Source: Nemertoderma westbladi
Lineage: Eukaryota; Animalia; Xenacoelomorpha
NCBI GenBank assembly: GCA_032718475.1
Contig: JAUCBJ010002219.1
Coordinates: 1 to 40,349 of the forward strand
Direction: 5' to 3'
Length of the DNA: 40,349 nt
Positions within the stretch are counted from its first letter, which is position 1. Every line of letters starts with the position of its first letter. This document shows, piece by piece, positions 33,451-40,349 of the stretch. Below the pieces are notes generated by a model that made no database searches, was not told the origin of the DNA, and saw nothing but the letters and a program-made list of their open reading frames with translations. Made by a program: the position numbers and the translations under genes.

Positions 33451-35103
33451 GCTGTTAAATGAGTGCCGCACGTCAAATACAGTAGAACAATTTTGTACAT
33501 ATGGGGGCCTATCAAAAGTAGCATGATCAATGGGAGATCAGTCTGCCATAGTTGGGGAATGGGGAGCCGATTCAGTCTACCAGTAAGGGTGCCGCCGCTT
33601 CATTCATCAAGTTTCATCAATTCATTAACCCCAGCAATTCCCATCTTGTTTAAAACAAACCTGCAGTACAGTACCTGCACAACCCACCTACCCATTGTTT
33701 CGTTAATTTCATATTTGACTTCAATCAACAAATCGCAAAAAAATCACACATAATGAGCAAACATATAAATTACCTATGAGGACATGGTTCGCGTTGCAAA
33801 TTTAATTCCGAGGAGCTCAACATACAAGCGCTCCCGAAAAACTTCATTATGAAAAGCCTTCTTTCTAATTGAGTTGTTCTTCCTTTGTTAGCGTTTGATA
33901 CTGGGAGTCATGAATGCCCATTAATCATTACCGAACTATGGACTAGAAGCGACTCAGCAGTGCAGTGTAATCATTTTTTTGCAGTAAGTTATTGCGTTGA
34001 TCACGTTGTTATTATGAATCCAACCTCTCATACTTCGCGGTTGAACGTCATCCCAGGAATAAAGCAATCTGATTGGCAGCTTCCCTTGAAATTGTCGAGA
34101 TAAATAATGATAAGTTGTTTGATGATAGTTGGGCCAACACAAGCTCACATTTTGTATATCGAGGGCAGTAGGCCTATATATTGTATAGCCTCAACCATCT
34201 AACTTGTTAGAAATATATTATTTGACAAGCACTTCTCATTGACAAGCCACCGAACCTTAACAATGCACATAGGTTAGCATTGTACCCGTATTGGGATACC
34301 TCTTTATTACTCCATAAATTAATTGATATTTCCATAGTTGTTTATTAAACTCTTCACTGCAGAATATTTTTGGTTACCAAGTGAATTTTGCTTTGAATCT
34401 GGGCCTTATTTTAAGGTATTTATTTTATTGCAGTCTTACACTAACTTTTATTAAGTAATGCCTACTAATTTTCGAATTAATTTTGATTGTTATTTTCTAT
34501 TTCTTGATGCCTAATAATTCCTGGTTGGAAATAAGTTGTAAATTAACATGTTTTTTGGGCTCCTAGCAATAGATTTGTAGTACTGTAAGTAGTCTTAGAA
34601 GTGTGTTTAGTTGTAAAAATTATATCATCTTGACAGGCATCTTTTGTTTATTTTTGTTAAGTTTACGCACCTGAATTGTTCTTTCTGAATGCTAGGGTTA
34701 TTATCTTATAATCTTATAGTAAGAAAGATGTGTGTGTACTAACTGTTGGTATAGTACAGTTATTGAAAGTAAATATATTTTGGCCTATGTGAACTATACT
34801 AGACTTTCTGCTTTGGAGTTTACCTCCATGCTGCCATGTGAAGAATACACATAAAAAAAACACAGGTTACAGACCAATTAGTATCTGTACTGGTTATAAT
34901 ATATAAATAAGCTCTATAAAACACTTTAAATAATCTTCAAATATACAATTCCAGTAAAATTTCGACCGAAAAGTGAAAACCTAGTATTCTTCACATTGGT
35001 GTCATACATTATACATCGGTCGTTTGTTAGAATATATTTTAAGGAGTTGACAACCCGAGTTTTGTAAGATTATGGACCAATCCAAAGTTAAGTTACTGAT
35101 CAC

Positions 35104-35281
35104 ATGATGTAAACAACAGTCCATTACTAATAGCTCATCATATGATGTAAACAACAGTCCATTACTACATAGCTCATCATATGATGTAAACAACAGTCCA
35201 TTACTAATACCTCATCATATGATGTAAAGAACAGTCCATTACGTAAACAAGTCCATTATACTAATAGCTCATCATATGATG
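35104..35281. repeat. 38-bp tandem repeat ATGATGTAAACAACAGTCCATTACTAATAGCTCATCAT
   Basis: About 4.5 units are visible directly. Confidence 0.9.
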
Positions 35282-37555
35282 GTCTGTATAAAGAACCTGC
35301 CATTGCCGCAATTGAGGGTCTGTGTCTGACTGTGAATTTAAATTTAAATAATATTATCTGTAGTACAGTGTATTGTCTGTAGGCCCTAAACTATACACAT
35401 GATATTCTTTATTCTTTATACAGTTATACATAGAAAGTTATTTAGTTGCATCCCCATTGAAATGGTGTATAAGGCCTAGTACTATTGTACCGGTACTATA
35501 TTTCTTTAAAATATGGAGCTGTCTGTCTGTGTCTGCAAGAATAATAGATAGGCCTATGTATTGGGTTTGGGTATCGCAAATATTTTTTCAATCATTTTGC
35601 CTATTTTTTATGCAGTTACCGTGCTACCGTGCACAAGGCCTACGGCAATAGTTAAGTACCGGTACCGGTACTGTAATTCTAATCTGTACTGTATTCTAAT
35701 AGTTCATTGTTTTGGTTCCTTCTGGCTACCACTGTAACTGTAACCTGCTCCTTGTTAAACTCAGGTTTTCTCTACCAGTCTGCTAGTTGACATTCTGGCA
35801 ATCTGGATGTCGAAATATTAATAGGTAAAAATAACAATAAAATATAGTAGGTAAAACAAATAATTAAAAAAAAAATCGGTAAAATGATAAAAAAAATAGG
35901 TCAAATGATTAAAAAATAGGTACCGAAAAATAACTGCCATTGGGTATTGCGAATTGCGCATAGGTTTTTACTAGAGAATACTCTCCACCCTTCCACAGAA
36001 ATTGTCATACGCTGAGATTTAGCTGCTCATACTCATATCATGTTCAGCGCCTACAGTAATGTAGCATGAAAAATTCACTAATGAATTACTCAACCTACGC
36101 GCGGTTCCTCTCATGGGCACAATTTCTTACTTATAATAAATTGGCATGATGTCGGGTAACATAGGAAACTCCTGGGCAACGTCGGCTGTTCGGACATGAG
36201 TTCGGAAATTAATTATTCACTTTCAAATTTATCCTCCTGGCTGTTAATTAATGACGTTTTCGCATCACCCTCTCCCCTGGTATCCATGATGGTTTGATCT
36301 ACAATGTTATGTTATCTGAGTTCTGAAATACATCCGCATTTGTGTGGAATCTCGTACTGTATATTTGAATTTCTCCAATCTGACAATATCCATTATTTTT
36401 AGCTGTTGTCAAAATCTGCCCACATAATGAGTGTTTTCAACGGACAAGAACATTTATTGTCATACGTAGTAGAACATACATGAAAATATATAATTCAGTG
36501 TTTTGCTTTATGATTCATTGATGTATAATTAACCTCACTCGCTACCGCTACCGCGTTCGCTCGGATTATATAATGTTTCATTTCTTTTCAAATAATCAAT
36601 TTTTAAGAAACTTTGTTAGGAGAGAAAGAAGTCATTGAGCCTCACTTAGCCGACAGTATAATATACAGTAGACCCTATAGGCCTACAGAGGGCCAACGTG
36701 GCAAATGGGCTGCTCATTGTTAATTAATTGTTTTCTTTGGACTCATCATTTTACTCTTTTTTACCCTCAATTTGAAAAATACAATTTTTGACACCTTTTT
36801 CCTGTATTTTCTTAAATAACATTAATAAATAACATAGAATAACATTAATTAATAGTTTAGTTATGTTTATTTTCGGACTATCAGTTTCTAGATTTCCCCG
36901 CCGCAAAGATCCGTACAATAATATCGGTGACACTCACACCGTGATCTCACGGATGAAGAAACACGGACACTTAGTTGGGAATTCACTAAGAAGAAGTCAT
37001 AAAACATTAGCTATTGGCAAACACCGACCGAAATTGGCATTAAGTACATTTTACGGACCTTATGTCGAAATGATCGTTCTATATCAAAGTGTCGCCAAAA
37101 CGAATAATATACAGTATATATTGATCTTGCTTTGCGCAAGATTATTAAATAATATAATTTTCAAAACTTTTTAAATGTTGCATATTATCTGCCGCGTAAA
37201 TACCAAATTTCATAATTTAACAGAGCCAATGGTGGCCTATTGGCGTTCAAAAATTGACCCTGACAACCGGGCGGATATATTTAAAAGCCGGCCTCTGTAA
37301 TATGTTGCTTTCCCTTAATTGATACCGTACTGTATTGTTTGGGTTAGAAAAGTGCTCCTCTGTAACTGCACCTTAGACTATAATACAGAAGATTATAAAA
37401 CTTCTAGCCTACTACATGTACATGACCTACTATAGTCTATAGTAGGTCATGCCTACGACTCCACTTTGTTAAGTTTATTATAAGTGTTTTTCATAAGATG
37501 ATTATTTCGTCAATTGGCTGTACTTAATGCCAATGTTCTCAGCTCTCAGCTCTCG

Positions 37556-38320
37556 GGGCAAATACCACACCCTGGTTTGCCATTCCACAGGGTGGGTGTC
37601 GCAGTGGAGTCAGATATGAGGCCCATCACCCATATCTACTCTGGCGCACATTACCCACCATTGGCTGTGCAGCTCATCTGCTGGGTCATGCCCTGTAGCC
37701 CTGCTGCCAGGTGCAGGTCGCAGTGAAGTGCACTCAGAGTGGACATGAGAACACTCTACTCCTGACCAGCCATTGGTAGATCACCATCTGCCTGGCCAGG
37801 CCATATACCCATGCAGCCAAGTATATGGGTCCTTAATCCAGGACCAACGGCGTCCTTATCCCAGAACGATGGGGGTCCTAGTTACAGGACCAGATTTGCC
37901 CTAGTAAGAGGGTCTATGCAGCTACAGGTGGCACCTCCTTTATGCTGCATGGAGGTGGCAAGTTTTCTTGATCAATGACCTAGAATACCTGACCTGACAT
38001 GCCAATGTTAGTGTACGGGTATTGTATGCCAATAGCCAATATTCAATTACTAACAAAGTCATTGAACCGCCTCCGCTTTGCAGGACATTGCTTTCACCTT
38101 GTGCATTGGCATCCATATGGAGTGAATAAGCATGGTGGATGGCCCATGATTTTCTTGAGATGCCTCTTAAAGGACTCTGGCCTTGAAGATGCAGATGATC
38201 TAGCAAATGTCATGGTTGATAGGGAGTTGTGGCGGCGTAATTTTGTCGACAAGCCGGCACAGCATTCTGATTATAATGTAATATATAATGCAGCTTCAAT
38301 GCAGTATGCCGATAGTAGTA
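37556..38320 (+). mobile_element. Internally deleted RTE derivative (5' UTR joined to ORF C-terminus and 3' end)
   Basis: A 5' block shared with 31120-31510 is followed closely by RTE C-terminal motifs RLRFAGHC and LLKDSGLEDADDLANVMVDRELWR. Confidence 0.7.
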
Positions 38321-40349
38321 GATTAACACAGTGTTCGTCTTTCTTCATCCGGTAGACCACGCTGAGAGTGATCGGTATTTTTGTATTGTCATCTGTGGGA
38401 TGCATTTTACAGCTCAGGTACATACATATATTAGCCAGTCGTCTGTATACCCACCAGTCACCCATTTATCTATTCAAACCTCTTGACCAGATGCCAACAA
38501 AATATGTTCAGCCAAATAATAATTCCATGTAGGCCTACCTAACATTGCTTCTAACGTTTCATTCTGCCTACCTATACCTATTCTTTTTCCAGGAAGAGCA
38601 GTCACGCAACGCAACGTACTCAAGAATATCAATTTCTTACTGCTTGCTGTGTACAGTACGTGCTTACCTACCCAGCTACAGTAACTGCTGCCCTCGTGAC
38701 TTTGTAATTATATTCAATATAAAACATCCCCTTATAATTTTGGTCTGATGAGTTTTCCATCGCAGGAAAGGCGAACAAAACCTATAGGGACATTCTGCTG
38801 ACGTTATCCCTTTGTCATGGCAAATCCAACAAACCTGTAATTTTCGTATAATTGTAATTAATTTCAATGAATATCTCGAGAACATTGCTTTTGAATAATG
38901 TCAGTTTGTACCTAAGCGCAGTATGACGTGCTTTGTTTACTTCCATACATTAGTAGTTGCTAATTAAATTCCTAACTTTGGTACAGTAGTTATTCTAGGC
39001 CTACAGTAATGAGTATAATACAGAAGTATGGTTCGCACGGTACCTTATCGATCGATTGATGGCCGTTCAAGGATTCCAAATGGGCAAATTAATATGTTAT
39101 TGGTTGCGAAATGACTGAGATATTGACTTTTGATATTTACATATTTTTATACAGTAATGTTTGTTTATACTATAATTTTTACACTCTGTTAAAGATACAG
39201 TACTGCAATCTTACTGGAGAACTGTATGCATACTAACTTTGTGCATCAGTAGTACATGTACTATAGTTCTGTATGTATTATGTACTATGTAAAGTTTGTA
39301 TCGAAAAATGAACATCGCTTGTTTCTGTAGTATTATATAGCATTGCGCAGTGCAGCAGCTTGTATAGGAATATGGTCAAGGATTCAATAAAATGAAAATA
39401 TAGCAAACCATACCACACTATTTTGTATGTAGGCCACTGTACATAAGGGTATTTGAAGAATGATGCTGAATTCAATAAAACTTTTTATTCAGTAAAACTT
39501 AAGACTTTTTGTGTTCACTTCTGTTTTTTTCTACTGCTCGACGTTATTTACTGTAGGTGCCAGTACTGTATGTAAATATCGCTTTAACCTAAATATTAAT
39601 CTTTCATAAGATATCGATGCTTGTATGATATCCATTTTAGCAAAAATATGCTTTTATTTTTTATTAAAGAATTATATATATACTGTATATATGTTTTCAC
39701 CGACTGATCACGCACAACACTAAAGTAGCGCTCTATTTTGTTGTTAGTACAGTATATTATTTGGTGTTCAATATAGACAATCAACTTTATTCAGAACATT
39801 ATCCAATAGGCCGAATTATTATTGCTGACGTCTAAGTGAAGGAAAGGATGCATATGTTTAGCGGTTATGATTTTATACTCCATTCTATAAACCCAACAAA
39901 AGGTTAGTGAAAGTACAGTGTATTAGCGAATAGTGACGACCCAGAAGTCCCGAATAACCGACTACCAACGCCGTCAATCATTATTAAAGCGAATTAATGT
40001 TATTTATTAATTGAGAGAAAGGAACAGGTTACATTGGAGGGTTATTCTAACCAAAACAATAAACGAGAGTCACGAACACAGGTTACATATTCATATTTGC
40101 TGTTGTCTGCAGTTGTCGGCGTAGCGTTTAAACCCCTAGATGGCTCGACGTAAATAATATGTAGGAAAGTAAGTGAAACATCTAACAGGGACATACTGTA
40201 GGCCTACTGTAGTAACTTTTCCCAATAGTGATTAATAAAACATTTATGTAGGCCTACAGGTACACTGTACCTGTAAACGTGCCACACCCGAGCTTTTCAT
40301 TAATTACATTTTCTAACTTGGTGGAGGAGATCTTTTTAATATCAGCAGA

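Noticed and set aside
33770-38700. Scattered possible host exons (~33780-34150, 36210-36310, 38325-38395, 38591-38680)
   Set aside because: Splice-like signals exist, but I found no recognisable protein or consistent multi-exon frame. RNA-seq would be needed.

Overview
AT-rich, repeat-dense animal (probably invertebrate) genomic DNA; it is not prokaryotic. The one clear host gene is an intact, intronless, GC/CpG-rich CCT3 (TRiC chaperonin gamma; 17487-19130). The window also has a spliced, transposase-like gene running off the left edge and an intronless C2H2 zinc-finger ORF. Most of the rest is nested mobile DNA. A disabled CRE-clade RT-RLE retrotransposon has a 12-bp TSD and poly(A), an unusual ~120-aa in-frame insert in its RT and a SINE inside its endonuclease motif. 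There are also RTE, RTEX and CR1-type fragments, SINEs, MITEs and minisatellites. The most notable non-coding signals are: a 451-bp retrozyme-like unit carrying a type III hammerhead ribozyme with a loop-loop pseudoknot; TACAGTA/TACTGTA motifs that behave as Tc1/mariner excision footprints; and a cluster of heat-shock-element-like TTCnnGAA motifs just 3' of CCT3. All calls are by eye, and family assignments need database confirmation.
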